From Dictyostelium discoideum (taxonomy: Eukaryota), in NCBI GenBank assembly GCA_000004695.1, contig CM000151.3:6432001-6496000 (forward strand): a DNA stretch of 64,000 nucleotides, written 5' to 3'. A model generated the notes under the pieces. That model did not search any database. It was given only the letters and a program-made list of their open reading frames with translations, and was not told where the DNA came from. The translations under genes were made by a program, and so were the position numbers. Below are positions 14,314-28,312 of the stretch, in pieces; positions within the stretch are counted from its first letter, which is position 1, and every line of letters starts with the position of its first letter.

Positions 14314-15748
14314 GTTATTATTATTATTATTATTATTTTTAATTACATACAAATTTGGACAAACATCATCACAAGTAAATTCAGAACCAATATTTAAAGA
14401 ATCACCATCTAAAGAGTTATCACCAGATTGAGCACCATTATCAATTTCAGTATCAGAAGTATTAAAATTAATTCTTATACTATCGATAACTTGAGCCACT
14501 TCATTATATAAATCACCAAAACAATGATATGATGAATCTAATTTTGAAGTAGTATAAACTTGAAATACAAAACTATAAATTTCCTTTGATTTAATGGTTA
14601 CTTGTTGATTATTGATAGGATTAATATCACCAGTACAATTAATGATTGTCATTGTATAGTCTGCATTGATTGTACCAGTATTTTGGACGTTTACTCTTAG
14701 TACACCATTTTTTGACATTGATTCAAATCTATCGATTTGGTAATTTATAATTTTACCAGGTGAAATATTAACAATATATTGAAGTGAATCGGCTTTCAAT
14801 GTAATGGTTAACATTGTTCTATGGGATTCATCAAATCTAATTTTCAAAGATCTTGAATCTTGATTACCTGCAATCTGAACCTTTGTACCCAATTGAGAGG
14901 CTATATAATTTCCCTTCTTACCACTGGAAATCAATGCAACATCGGCATTATAATAATCTGCAATTTGATTTTGAAGACAAGAACCAAATAAAGCGGCACA
15001 ACTATTGGGTTGATTTTGAAAAGCACTATAGGAAACACCGATTTTATTACAAGTTAAACCTGATAAATCAAAGAAATTCTGATCCAACACCATACAAGTG
15101 TTTATAGAATTTGGTTGATTGTAGGGAAATACCACTTTCTTATCAGTGAATTGATTGATTTGAGTCGATGATTGAAAATCACCAATAATTCTAACAATTG
15201 CTTGACTAAATGTATCCATACCCATTGGAGCTGAATTTGATAGTATAATATCTTGAGTGATTGGATTTTGATTATAACTATAGGTTAATGTCGCTGTTAT
15301 TGTATATTCAACTTGAGTTTTTGCAACATTATAAACATCATATTTCACCGAACTAAATGATAAACAATGTGCTGATGATGATTTGGACCCTAATAATGAA
15401 CAACCTAAATTTGCTCTTGAATTTTGATCGGCACCAACATAATCTGAAAAAGAACAACTACAACAAAATCCTTGACTGTCTCTAATTAATTTACCATTGG
15501 CATCTATTGCACCTGGACATGTATGATCAGTTGGTTTATCTTTACAACCACTAGTTAAAACATAATCAGTTTTATAAATAACAGTTTCTTTTGGTTGATA
15601 AGCTACATTTTGTACATAAACTAATGGATAATTTATAAATGTTTCTGATTTTTTAAATTTTACTGAAATTGGTATAACTAATGTTTTTAATTTACCATTT
15701 TCATCTTTAATTTCACTAACTTGAAAATTAAATGTTTCTGAATTTTCC

Positions 15749-15805
<57 letters not shown>

Positions 15806-16087
15806 ATATTAAAAAAAAAAAAAAATTAATACATATTATTTATTTTATATTTTATATTTTTTTATTTATTTATTTTTTTATTTATTTTTTTTTACTTTTT
15901 GTGAATCTATGTAAAGTGAAACTACTAATTTTTTATCACATTTTAAATTTGTTTTATCTTGGTCAGCTAATTCAGTACCATCGAGAGTACAAGATTCAAT
16001 TGAGCTTGACGAAATGATTCCACACCATATTAAATTTATTTTTATAAAAAAAATAAAAATTGAAAAAAAGATCAATTTTTTGATCAT
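13628..16087 (-). CDS. Type-I membrane glycoprotein with a HAP2/GCS1-like domain, a candidate gamete fusogen. Three exons: 16087..15896, 15747..14351, 14180..13628 (about 713 aa).
   Basis: Real ATG at 16087. Signal peptide MIKKLIFFSIFIFFIKINLIWCG. Donors GTAAAA (15895) and GTATGT (14350); acceptors tttttag (15748) and ttatag (14181). Phases are consistent (2142 nt). The ectodomain contains 'GKLIRDSQGFCCSCSFSDYVGADQNSRANLGCS', matching the conserved HAP2-GCS1 'SQGFxCxC' core. There is a single TM helix ICATKFTLLLTALIVIVIVIVLCF, followed by a Cys-rich juxtamembrane tail CCGCFCFKK and an Asn/Pro-rich cytoplasmic tail. The (AAT)n run lies in intron 2. The HAP2 assignment rests on motif recall, not a search. 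Confidence 0.6.
15752..15808. repeat. (AAAT)n microsatellite inside intron 1 of the HAP2-like gene.
   Basis: aaataaataaataaat... x14. Confidence 0.9.
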
Positions 16088-16276
16088 TTTTTTTTAGTGC
16101 TTTAAAATAAAATTTGCATTTTTTTTTTTTTTTTTTTTTTGATTTTTAATTTTGATTTTTTTTTTTTTGATTTTTGAATTGGCTAACTCGATTACTGAGA
16201 AAGTTTTAATAATAAAATTAATCATATGATTAATGTTGGTGTTATTATTATTTTTAATTATTTATTTATTTTTTGG

Positions 16277-16319
<43 letters not shown>

Positions 16320-16581
16320 TAAATTATTTTTATTTTATTTTATTTCATTTCATTTTATTTTTGGCCACTTTTTACATGTTATAAAAAATTTTAATTGAAA
16401 AAAAGAAAAAAAAAAAAAAAAAATTTTATTCATTAAACCATTAACTTTTTTTTTTGAATGGAATTGATTTTTATACCAATTGGAAATCCTGGTCATTTTT
16501 GTTATTTTTTAATTTCCCAACCACTTAAAAATTATAAAAAAATAAAAAAAAAAAATAAAATTTAATTCGATTTTTTTTTCC

Positions 16582-16612
<31 letters not shown>

Positions 16613-16690
16613 TCAATTCCATTTTAACCAAAATAATAAAACATAACATTTTTTTTTTTTGTATAAATACATAATAAATAAATAAATAAA

Positions 16691-18078
16691 ATGACATTAG
16701 ACCCATATTCAGGATCAGTCGATTGCCGTGACTGGAAGAAATCAGCAATTAAAAAAGCTATTGAAGATGGTATATTTAAAGAACATGACTATGTAATGCT
16801 TTATAATCTTGACGAATTCAGAGCACTTGCCAAAGAAGCCTGCGACAACTTAAAAGGATTACAAACTATGGCAGTTAAATGTAATCCAGTTATGAGCTTA
16901 ATGAAAGAAGCAATTAAAGCTGGTCTTGGTGCTGAAGTTGCTTCATTTGGTGAATTAAGAATTGCAGAAATAGCTGGTTTTGAACCATCTGTAAGTATTC
17001 CAAAAATTTTTAATTCTTTTAAAATAAAAAAAAAATAAAAAAATAAAAAAATAAATCCTAATTTTTTTTTTTAATGAAAAAGAAAATTATATTTGATTCA
17101 CCAATTAAAACAAAAAAAGAATTAGAATATGCATTAAATTTAGGTGTTGTAATTAATATTGATAATTTTGAAGAATTAGAAACTATAGAATCAATTGTTT
17201 CAAAATTTTCAAAGGAAAAATATGAAAGTCTTTCGTTGGGTATTAGAGTGAATCCACAAGTTGGAGCAGGTAAATTAACTGATCTTAGTACAGGTGTACC
17301 AACATCTAAATTTGGTATTGGTATTGAACATAAAGATAAGATCATCGATGCCTATGTACGTAACAAATTTTTAAAGGGAGTTCATATTCATGTTGGATCA
17401 CAAGGTTTTGAAATTTCAAATATATCAGAATCTGCAGTTAAAGTTATGAATTTAGTGAAAGAGATTAATGCACGTGATGATACAAAATCTCAAATTACAT
17501 TCTTTAATATGGGTGGTGGTTTATCAGTAAACTTTGAATCAGAAGAGACTTCACCAACTTTCACTCAATATGCCAATCACATGAAACAATTATTACCAGA
17601 ATTATTCAATGGTGAATTTTTATTGATTACCGAATTTGGTCGTTCCTATTGGGCAAAATGTGGTGTCGTAGTTTCAACAGTTGAATATACAAAATCAAGT
17701 GGTGATCGTGAAATCGCAATTTGTCATGCCGGTGCAAATATGTACATTAGAACCGTTTATCAATTCCCATTGTGGAGAATTAGAGTAACCATTTTCGATT
17801 CAAATGGTGAATATAAAACTGGAAATGAAAAAATCACAGATATCGCTGGTCCTTGTTGTTTTGCCGCTGATGTTTTAGTAAAAGAAAGATTATTACCACC
17901 AATTAAAAAAGATGATTTCATTATGGCACATGATAGTGGTGCTTATATGCTTTCAAGTTATTCTCATTATAATTTAAGATTAGCTCCACCAATTTTCTCT
18001 TTTAATACCACAAATAATACAATTGAATTAATTAAAAAAGGTGAAACTATTGAAGATAAAATTAATTTCTTTTCTTAA
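16691..18078 (+). CDS. PLP-dependent decarboxylase of the Orn/DAP/Arg decarboxylase family (fold-type III; ODC/DapDC-like). Two exons: 16691..16990, 17083..18078 (431 aa).
   Basis: ATG at 16691. Donor GTAAGT at 16991; acceptor gaaaaag at 17082; phase 0. 'AVKCNP' matches the PLP-lysine motif (YAVKCN). Also present are a Gly-rich 'FNMGGGLSV' loop, 'HIHVGSQ', 'EFGRSY', and C-terminal 'AGPCCFAADVL' (the substrate-specificity Cys region). The exact substrate cannot be assigned. Confidence 0.75.
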
Positions 18079-18282
18079 AAAAATAAAATTATATTAAAAT
18101 TGTAAATCATTTTTAAACTTTTTATTTTATTAATTAATAATAATAATAATTAATAATAAAATGATTAAATAAAAAAATAAATAAAATAAAAAATTTTAAA
18201 TTAAAGGAGAAATACAAGATATTTATTATTAAATTGGAAAAAAAAGCCAATTATTATTATTATTATTATTGGTTTTTTTTTT

Positions 18283-20161
18283 TTAAAAAAGATCAGAAAT
18301 TAAATCTTTTGACGATGGTTTACAATTTTCAGGAATATCAAATGAAGCAATGATTTGTTTTGAAACTTTGGTAACTTCAAAACAAAGATCTTGAATTAAG
18401 AATGGGATTGATTGAGCAACATTTGGTGAGATTAAGTGATTTGAAACGAACCAACCTAAATCTTCTTCAATGGAGACAAGAGCGTCCAACATAATTAAAT
18501 GAGCTAATGGTTTAACGTTTTTAAGTTTTAATGTATTGATAGAGTTTTGGAAAACGATTTTAGTCATGTGAGCAAAACCTAATTTGACAGCCCATGGAAT
18601 TGCATTGTTAAAAGCGAAATAAGCAGGTTCTTTAGAGTTGCTAATGATTTGTTTTAATTCGGCCAAACGAATCTCTTCTCTAGTTTCAAATAATTGATTA
18701 ATATTTGAAAAATTGAATAATAACGATTTGGCATCTTCACCATCTAAATAGATACGATTGGTAGTGGTATTTGTTTGTTTTTGTTTTACACCTAATAAAT
18801 ACTTGGCCAATTGTTGCATGAGAACAGTATTATCACCTTCATATGTACAAACGATATCACAATCATTTTTAAATTCAGCTATACGATTTGCTGAACGGTA
18901 ACCTTGACCACCACAAGCTTCACGACAAGTTTGGAGTGCTGCAACACAGAACCAACTGTAAACTGCTTTGATACCTGAGCAATGGGCATGGATTGAAGCT
19001 GGTAATTTCTCTTGACATAATTCATTGGTTAAACGTTGAATGTAAAGATCAAACAAGATGGTTCTTGCCAATGGTGCCATAAGACGACGTTGTTGTGAAC
19101 TGAGAGTAATCAATGGAAGCTCATTATTTGCAGATGGACCAAACTGTTTTCTAATATGTGAGAATTCAATAGCAATAGAGAGGGAGGTTTTGGCAGCACC
19201 TGAACAACCTTTAGTGATTGCCATTCTACCAACAATGAATGGTGCCATTGTTGCAGCGAAATTCTTTATTGGTGTATTGAATTGACTCTTGTAAACACCG
19301 TCTTCGCTAACATCACTATATTTGTTTAAAAGGTTCTCTCTTGGGATACGAACTTGATCGAAACGAATTTGACCATTATCAATACCATTCAAACCTAACT
19401 TATGACCACAATCTTTAATGGTGATACCTTTCATGATTGCACCACTCTTTGGACAACGAAGTGGTACAACCAATGCATGAACACCATAATTTGTACCATC
19501 AATGATTAAGTTTGCGAAAACAGTAGTGTAGGTAGCATGAAGATAAGAACCACCAATCCAAAACTTTTCACTTGTTGGTGTTGGTGAATGAATGATAAAC
19601 TCTTTAGTTTGTTTATCGTAATGTGCAGTAGTTTCAATACCACGAACATTTGAACCATGACCAATCTCTGTCATTGCAAAGCAACCCATTGTCTTGAGGG
19701 TATTAGCATCTTCAATATATTTCTCATGTCTTGAGGTACCTAAAAACATGATTGTACCTCCAAATAATGTATAATGAACACCCAATTTGGTACAAACATT
19801 GTTATTATACAATGAAAACATTTCTACAACACCAGCATATCTGTGAAGGTTATTCTTAATATCAGTCAAATGAATTAATCCACTATTTGCAACAGCAACA
19901 CATTGTTCAAGTACTAATTGTCTATAGGTAGCCATATCCAATCCAATGAAATTCTCTTTGAATTTTGGATGATTTCTAATGAATTCTCTTGCTGCATCCT
20001 TATATTTACTTGCTTCAACTGAATCAATTAATAATTTTAATTCTCCAACATTTATATTTGCATCAATTGAATTAAATAATTCTTTTTCTAATACTTCATT
20101 TTTATTATTTGTTGTTTGACTATTAACATCTAAATGTTTTTTAATCTATATTATATATATG

Positions 20162-20204
<43 letters not shown>

Positions 20205-20364
20205 GGTATTAGTAACTACTTAAATATTGTTAATAAAAATAAAAAAAAAAAAAATATATATATTTAAATATTTTATTATAAAATATGTATGTATTAATAT
20301 TAATAAACTGAAAAAATAAAACTGATTATTTAATATTTACAATTTCAATTCTATTTTTATACAT
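18283..20364 (-). CDS. Acyl-CoA oxidase, tandem copy 1. Two exons: 20364..20341 (MYKNRIEI), 20145..18283 (628 aa).
   Basis: Real ATG at 20364. Donor GTAAAT at 20340; acceptor atatag at 20146; in frame with the long ORF. ACOX signature 'ACGGQGYRSANRIAEFKNDCDIVCTYEGDNTVLMQQLAKYLL'. About 95% aa identity to the copy at 22072..24104. Confidence 0.8.
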
Positions 20365-20849
20365 TGTTTGAGAGAGATAGAAAGAGAGAAATTAGGATTG
20401 TGTAGAAAAATAAAAATAAAATAAAAAAAAAAAAAAAAAAAATTAAATAAAAAAAAAAAGGTGAAATTTTTAAAATTATTTCATTAAAATTTAAAAAAAT
20501 AAAAAAAAAATGAAAATTTAAAATTTAAAATTTAAAAAAAACAAAAAAAGTGTCTCATCGCGTTATGAAATATCTAAATAAATGATGCCATAAAAATAAA
20601 TTTGAAATTTCCAATGCAATTGGCAACCATTATTTTCATTTTTTTTTTTTTTTTTTTTAAGCCAAAAACGATTATATTAAATCATGAAATGAAATTTCAA
20701 ATAAAAGGCAAAAAAAAAAAAAAGAAAAAAAAAAAAAAATTATTTTTTGTAAAAAAAAAAAAAAATATTATTTTCAAATTATGAATACTAATATTTATTT
20801 CAATTTAGTAATGTCATATGTTAATAATTTTGATTTTTTTTTTTTTCTT

Positions 20850-21171
20850 TTAAAATAATGATAAAGTTCCAATTAATTCTCCACCTAAAATTAAACCCTT
20901 AACACCACCTTCAATTCCTCCAACTAAAACACCACTAGCAACACCAACTAAACTACCTAACAAACTTCCTAAAACATTGAATTGTGCTTTTTCGCCACCA
21001 TAATTAACACTTTGTAATGAACTTGAGGCAATTTCATTCTTTGAGTTATTTTTAATTGAACCGATTTTAGTGATTGATTCTATCGTTTTATATTAAAATA
21101 TTAATTAATATAGTTTTATTTATATAAAAATAAGAAAAAAAAAAAATATGAAACTTACTTAAAATTGACAT
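20850..21171 (-). CDS. Small (80 aa) glycine-zipper membrane protein. Two exons: 21171..21159, 21079..20850.
   Basis: ATGTCAATTTTAA|GTAAGT donor at 21158; acceptor gatag at 21080; phase 1 is consistent. C-terminal 'GSLLGSLVGVASGVLVGGIEGGVKGLILGGELIG' is a GxxxG glycine-zipper TM motif. It is present only in copy 1 of the ACOX tandem duplication. Confidence 0.5.
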
Positions 21172-22071
21172 TTTTAATTATTTTTATTTGTTTTTTTTTT
21201 TTTTTTTATATTAAGTTTATTGTTTTTTTTAGTTTTTTAATTAAATGATTAATTTAAAAAATAATCTTCATTTAAATATGAAAAAAAAAAATTTAGGAAA
21301 AGAATTATTTAAACAATTTTATTTTAAAAAAAAAAAAATCATATGAACCAATTATAGATTATTCTAAAATTTCGACAACACGATTGGACAAAATAATAAA
21401 CAAAAAAAAAAGGTATTAAAACATTATTAATTTTTAAAAAAAAAACATAAAATAAAATTTATAAAAACTTTGACCCTTTTATAAGAATTATAGAGATATA
21501 TTTAATGATTTTATTCCATACACAAGTAAGTTGTTTTGTTTTAAAAAAAAAAAAAGAAAACTAAAAAAGTAATGATATTAAAAAAAAAAAAAAAAAATGG
21601 GGTGTGTTAAATCTGATATATATAGTTAAATATTTTTTTACCTTTTTTTTATATTAATTACCACACAATTAAATTAATTAAACTAATAAAATGTGGTATT
21701 GGTTTAATGTCTATTTATAGGATTAAAATGAAAACGAAAAAAACCCAATCATAGCATATACAAATTTATATTATATCTTTATCTTTTTCAATTATTTTTA
21801 TCATTAAAAAAAAAAAAAAAAAAAAAAATTATCCTTCATTTAATTAATTATAATTATATTATTTCATTTTTTTTTTTAATTAAAAATATAAATAATAATT
21901 TTATTAATATTAATAGAATTATTATTATTATTATTATTATTTTAAAATTATAAATTATAAATTAAATAAAAATTAAAATTAAATAATTTTAATTTATTTA
22001 ATTTTTATTTAATTTTATTATTATTATTTTTATTATTATTATTATTATTGTAATTATTATTGGTCATTTTT

Positions 22072-23950
22072 TTAAAAAAGATCAGAAATTAAATCCTTTG
22101 ATGATGGTTTACAATTTTCAGGAATATCAAATGAAGCGATAATTTGTTTTGAAACTTTAGTAACTTCAAAACAAAGATCTTGAATTAAGAATGGGATTGA
22201 TTGAGCAACATTTGGTGAGATTAAATGATTTGAAACGAACCAACCTAAATCTTCTTCAATGGAGACGAGAGCATCCAACATAATTAAATGAGTTAATGGT
22301 TTAACGTTTTTAAGTTTTAATGTATTGATAGAGTTTTGGAAAACGATTTTAGTCATGTGAGCAAAACCTAATTTGACAGCCCATGGAATTGCATTGTTAA
22401 AAGCGAAATAAGCAGATTCTTTAGAGTTGTCAATGATTTGTTTTAATTCGGCCAAACGCATCTCTTCTCTAGTTTCAAATAATTGATTTATATTCGAAAA
22501 ATTGAAAAATAACGATTTGGCATCTTCACCATCTAAATAGATACGATTGGTAGTGGTATTTGTTTGTTTTTGTTTTACACCTAATAAATACTTGGCCAAT
22601 TGTTGCATGAGAACAGTGTTATCACCTTCATATGTGCAAATGATATCACAATCATTTTTAAATTCAGCTATACGATTTGCTGAACGGTAACCCTGGCCAC
22701 CACAAGCTTCACGACAAGTTTGGAGTGCTGCAACACAGAACCAACTGTAAACTGCTTTGATACCAGAGCAGTGAGCATGGATTGAAGCTGGTAATTTCTC
22801 TTGACATAATTCATTGGTTAAACGTTGAATGTAAAGATCAAACAAGATGGTTCTTGCCAATGGTGCCATAAGACGACGTTGTTGAGAACTGAGAGTAATC
22901 AATGGAAGCTCTTTATTTGAAGATGGGCCAAATTGTTTTCTAATATGTGAGAATTCAATAGCAATAGAGAGGGAGGTTTTAGCAGCACCTGAACAACCTT
23001 TAGTGATTGCCATTCTACCAACGATGAATGGTGACATTGTTGCAGCGAAATTCTTTATTGGTGTATTGAATTGGCTCTTGTAAACACCATCTTCGCTAAC
23101 ATCACTATATTTGTTTAAAAGGTTCTCTCTTGGGATACGAACTTGATCGAAACGAATTTGACCATTATCAATACCATTCAAACCTAACTTATGACCACAA
23201 TCTTTAATGGTGATACCTTTCATGATTGCACCACTCTTTGGACAACGAAGTGGTACAATAAATGCATGAATACCATAGTTTGTACCATCAATGATTAAGT
23301 TTGCGAAAACTACAGCATAGGTAGCATGAAGATAAGCGCAACCAATCCAAAACTTTTCACTTGTTGGTGTTGGTGAATGAATGATAAACTCTTTAGTTTG
23401 TTTATCGTAATGTGCAGTAGTTTCAATACCACGAACATTTGAACCATGACCAATCTCTGTCATTGCAAAGCAACCCATTGTCTTGAGGGTATTAGCATCT
23501 TCAATATATTTCTCATGTCTTGAGGTACCTAAAAATATAATTGGACCTCCAAATAATGTATATTGAACACTCAATTTCGTTAAAATATTATTATTATACA
23601 ATGCAAACATTTCTAAAGCGCCTATATATCTGTGAAGGTTATTCTTAATATCAGTAAAATGAATTAATCCACGATTTGCAATTGCAGCACATTGCTCAAG
23701 TACTAATTGTCTATAGGTAGCCATATCCAATCCAATGAAATTCTCTTTGAATTTTGGATGATTTCTAATGAATTCTCTTGTTTCATCCTTATATTTACTT
23801 TCTTCAACTGAATCAATTAATAATTTTAATTCTCCAACATTAATATTTGTATCAATTGAATTAAATAATTCTTTTTCTAAAACTTCATCCTTATTATTTG
23901 TTGTTTGACTATTATTAACTTCTAAATGTTTTTTTATCTATATTATATAA

Positions 23951-23981
<31 letters not shown>

Positions 23982-24104
23982 CCTATTAGTATTGGTAATA
24001 TTTATAATAAAAAAAAATATTTTATTATGTATATTTGAAATATACATGAATTTAAAAAAATAAAACTATTTAATATTTACGATTTCAATTCTGTTTTTAT
24101 ACAT
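22072..24104 (-). CDS. Acyl-CoA oxidase, tandem copy 2. Two exons: 24104..24081, 23937..22072 (629 aa).
   Basis: Same exon structure as copy 1 (MYKNRIEI exon, GTAAAT donor, tatag acceptor). Nucleotide identity to copy 1 is about 95% through the CDS and about 500 bp of 5' flank. Confidence 0.8.
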
Positions 24105-24943
24105 TGTTTGAGAGAGAAAGAAAAAGAGTATTTAAGATTGTGTTTTAAAAAAATAAAAAAACAAAATAAATAATTATTTTTATTATTATTTTAATAGAAA
24201 TGGGAATTAAAATTTTAATTGAAATTAAAAAATTTAAATTTAAAAAAAATAATAAAAAAAAAAAGTGTCCTATTGCTTTATTAAATAACTAATGAAATAA
24301 TCTCAAGTCCTGTTAACAGGAATAAAAAATTTTATATGTACAAAAAAAAGTTTATAATATTAAAAAAACAGTTAAAATATATTTATATAATAAAAATAAT
24401 AGATAACATGTTAACTGAAAATAAATTTCGTACATTCATGTAAAAATTCCAACATTTGGAAAAAAAAAAATATTAATATAATTTTAAATTTATTATAGTA
24501 AAAAAAAAAAAAATTAATTTAAAAAATAAAAAATATTTTAAAATTATAAATCTATTACAATTTAGTAATGTCACATTTTAATAATTTTGATTTTTTTTTT
24601 TTTTTTTTTGTTTTTTTTTTTTTTTTTTTCAAAACTTATTTATAAAATTTACCACACAAATTATCAAAACCAATCATATCATATCAAATCAATATTATAT
24701 TTTATCTTTTTCGATTATTATTATGATATTAAAAAAAAAAAAAAAATAAAAAAAAAAAAAAATAAAAAAAAAAAAAAAAAAAAATTTAATCAAACAAATT
24801 TTAAATCCTTTAATTAATTTGTTTTAATTCTTTTAATTCTTTGTTTAACTATAATTTTTAATATTATTAAAATTATTTTTATTATTATTTTTTAAAATTA
24901 TAAATTAAAAATTAAATAAAATTTTAAATTAAATAATTTTAAT

Positions 24944-25319
24944 TTATTTATTTAATTTTTTTAAATTTATTGGTAAAATTTTAGAAAATATAGAAATTGT
25001 TGGTTTACTTTTTGAATTTATTCTTGAATTTACATTTTTCAAATAGTTTAAAAGATGATGTTCATCATATTTAATAATTCTTTTTCTTGGGGAAAGATCA
25101 ATTGTTGATAAATATTTTGCCAATGGTTTTGGATGATATTCAACTAAATGTTCTAAAATATGACTATGTCCTCTTGAATAAGATATTGAAATATGTTCTT
25201 TAGTTAATGGTAATGATAATGGTGATACAAATATCATTGACGATAATCCATTAATTGATAAATGAATCGGACTTGATGGTGATGATGAAATTTGTTGTTG
25301 ATTTTTTGTTGGTGATAAA

Positions 25320-25357
<38 letters not shown>

Positions 25358-27818
25358 TGTTGGTGATGATGAAATTGAATTTATTGGTAAAATTGGTAAA
25401 TTTACTGTTGGTATTGATGATGATTGGATTGGTGAAGAGGAAGAAGAAGGAGATGAAGAAGATGAAGAAGATGATGAAGATGAAGATAAAGAAATTGATG
25501 AAGTTGATAGTGAATTTGAAGGTATCATTATTGGTGAAACCTTATTACTCATTGATGGTGAAGAAATACTATTGATATTGTTATTATTGTTATTATTATT
25601 ATTATTAATTGATAAAGTATGATAAATTGGTGGTGGAGATGATGAATTTGGAGTACGTGGTGTAGTTGAACCACTTGGTTGTAAACAATATTTTATAATA
25701 TCTAAATAACCATAATTGAAAGCAGGTTTTAAAATATGAGAAAAATCTAAATTAACAGATACAGTTCTTGATACAACATCTTTAAAATATTTTAAAGTTG
25801 TAAGATCACCAGCTTCACCAATTGCAATCATTGTTGCTTCTGTGATTTGTACATCTCTTGGACAATATTGTTCGATAATATATTTAACAGTATCAAAACA
25901 AGTACCAGAGATAGCATTGATTAAAGCTTGTTCAGTACACCCTTCAGTCCTATTCTTTTGAAGGAACTGAATGACATCTAAATTACCATTGGAAGCAGCA
26001 TTGTTAATGGCCGCTTTACTACAAGGTTGGCCAGAATTATGTAAAAACTTGACCATCTCTAAATCACCCAAATAAGCTGCATTGCTAACGGCCCTACTTG
26101 TAGCTCCTTCAGTACGATGATTCAATAGATAACGTACCACCTCTTCATGACCATTATAAACTGCTTTATCAACAGCATCGGTTGTACAATGTGCAGATGT
26201 TCTATTCTCTGTTAAATATTTAACAATTGATAAATGACCATTTATAGCTGCCTTATCAATTGCATTACCGATGGATAACGTTTGGTCCAATTCATTTAAA
26301 TATTGAACGATTTCAAAGAAACCACTTGCAGATGAAATTTCCATACCACTACAATAGGATTGAGGTTGTAGATAAAAAGGTTCACCACCAAATATAACCA
26401 AAGCTTTAATTGCTGCTAAATTATTATATATACAACAATCTGAGAGTAAATTTGGGTTGAAACCACCATCTGGTATTGGTTTCTCTTGAAGTAGATAAGC
26501 CAATAGATCAGGTCTATCAACGAATCTAACAGCAATATCGAATGCTTTAGCAGTGATTTCAATTCCCAATCTATTACGACAAACTTTAATCAATTCTAAA
26601 TTCTTATATAATAGAGCAGATGCAATGAAATCCTCATTAAAGTTTACTCTAAAGAAACCTTCGAAATCAATATTACCAGCATGAGACATATAAAATTCTA
26701 AAATTTCCAATTGACCTTTACTAATTGACAATGTGAAAACTTCAATATTATTTGGTTGATATAATGTATACAAATATTTTACAATCTCAATATGACCACC
26801 TTCAATTGCTCTTTTTGTAGCACTATACAATGGTGATTCAATATGTGAATCTGGTGCCAATACAACAGTACTTGATGATCTACCACCTCTTGGACTATAG
26901 GGTATATTAATTAATGGTGTTGTATTGGTTGGTGGTATAATATTATTTTGAATTAAATATTTTAAACAATCTAAATGACCATATTGTGCTGCTAAATCTA
27001 ATGCTTTTGACCTTTTTGGTGTTGATGGTGGTGTTGATGAATTTATAATTGGTGATGATCCATTACTATTATTATTACTATTATTATTACTACCACTATT
27101 GTTACCACTATTATTATTATTATTATTACCACTATTATTATTGATATTATTATTATTATTATTAAATCCACTGCCACCCAGTATATTACCATTATTACCT
27201 AAATTTTTATGAAGATATTGTAAAATTTCTAAACTACCATTTGAAGAAGCATGATCAATTGCAAATAAAGTACATGGTTCATTCAATTGTTGATGAATAT
27301 ATTTAACCAATTCTAAATCATTGAATGCAACAGCATTTTCCATTGCACTATCAGTGCAACCATCATTTCTATTCTCTTTTAAGAATTTCACCATTTGTAA
27401 ATTACCCCAACGTGATGCATTATCGATAGCATAGGGTGATGCAGTGTAACCTTTGTTATGTAAATAAACCACCATTTCATAATTACCATAATATGCAGCA
27501 TGATCAATTAATGTTGGATATAATCTTGGAAAATATTCAATATATCTTTCAAAACACATTTTAAAAATATTGAAATCTGGTATTGAAAATATGATTTTTC
27601 TACAAACTGATGATATTATCAAATTATGACCTTGTTGAATCTTATCTTTAATTAATCCCCAATGTTTATGATTTATCATCCATTCTAATGATATTATATC
27701 TTTATATTTTCTACTTATAACTTTACTTCCAAATCTTTTAACACCTTTAAATATTTTACTTCTAATTTTAAAATTTGATAAAATTTTTGAAAATAAAATT
27801 GAATTTTTATCATCATTT

Positions 27819-27856
<38 letters not shown>

Positions 27857-27982
27857 ATTATTATACATTTCCAACTCTTCATTTTTAATTTCTGATTGAA
27901 TTGTTGGTGATTTTAATGTTAAGATTGATCTTGATGTTGGTGAACATTCTGTAACTATTATTGATGTTGTAGTTAATGACAT
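24944..27982 (-). CDS. Ankyrin-repeat protein (1012 aa, single exon) with an N-terminal Asn-rich region and Ser-rich insertions.
   Basis: Real ATG at 27982 (ATGTCATTAACT). About 15 repeats of the 33-aa ankyrin pattern (..AAxxGHLxxVKYL.....). Poly-Asn/Ser encoded by AAT/TCA runs. Confidence 0.75.
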
Positions 27983-28247
27983 TTTTTTTTTTTTTTTCCT
28001 AGTTTATTGGAATTATAAAAAAAAAATAAAAAAAAAAAAAAAATTTAAGAATAAAAAAAATAAAAAAAAAATTGGAACAATTAAAAGATGTAAAAAAAAA
28101 AATTAATAATTAATTAAATAGTTTTTTAAAATAAAAAAATAATAAATAAGTTTATAAATTTATGAATAAACAATTTTTGAATAAACAATTTTTTGAATAA
28201 ACAATTTTTTGAATAAAAAAAATAAATGGTTTTTATAATAAATTAAT

Positions 28248-28249
<2 letters not shown>

Positions 28250-28311
<62 letters not shown>
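28250..28311. repeat. 62-nt poly(dT) homopolymer, with another of about 50 nt at 28621-28671, in the ankyrin gene upstream region.
   Basis: Direct reading. Confidence 0.95.

Positions 28312-28312
<1 letters not shown>

Noticed and set aside
15752-15808. Considered CRISPR-like because of the regularly spaced short repeats: (AAAT)n, (CAATCT)n at 53018, 18-mers at 55040-55270, (GAATCN)n at 61915.
   Set aside because: The repeats are contiguous microsatellites or coding minisatellites without unique spacers. The genome is eukaryotic, so this is not CRISPR.
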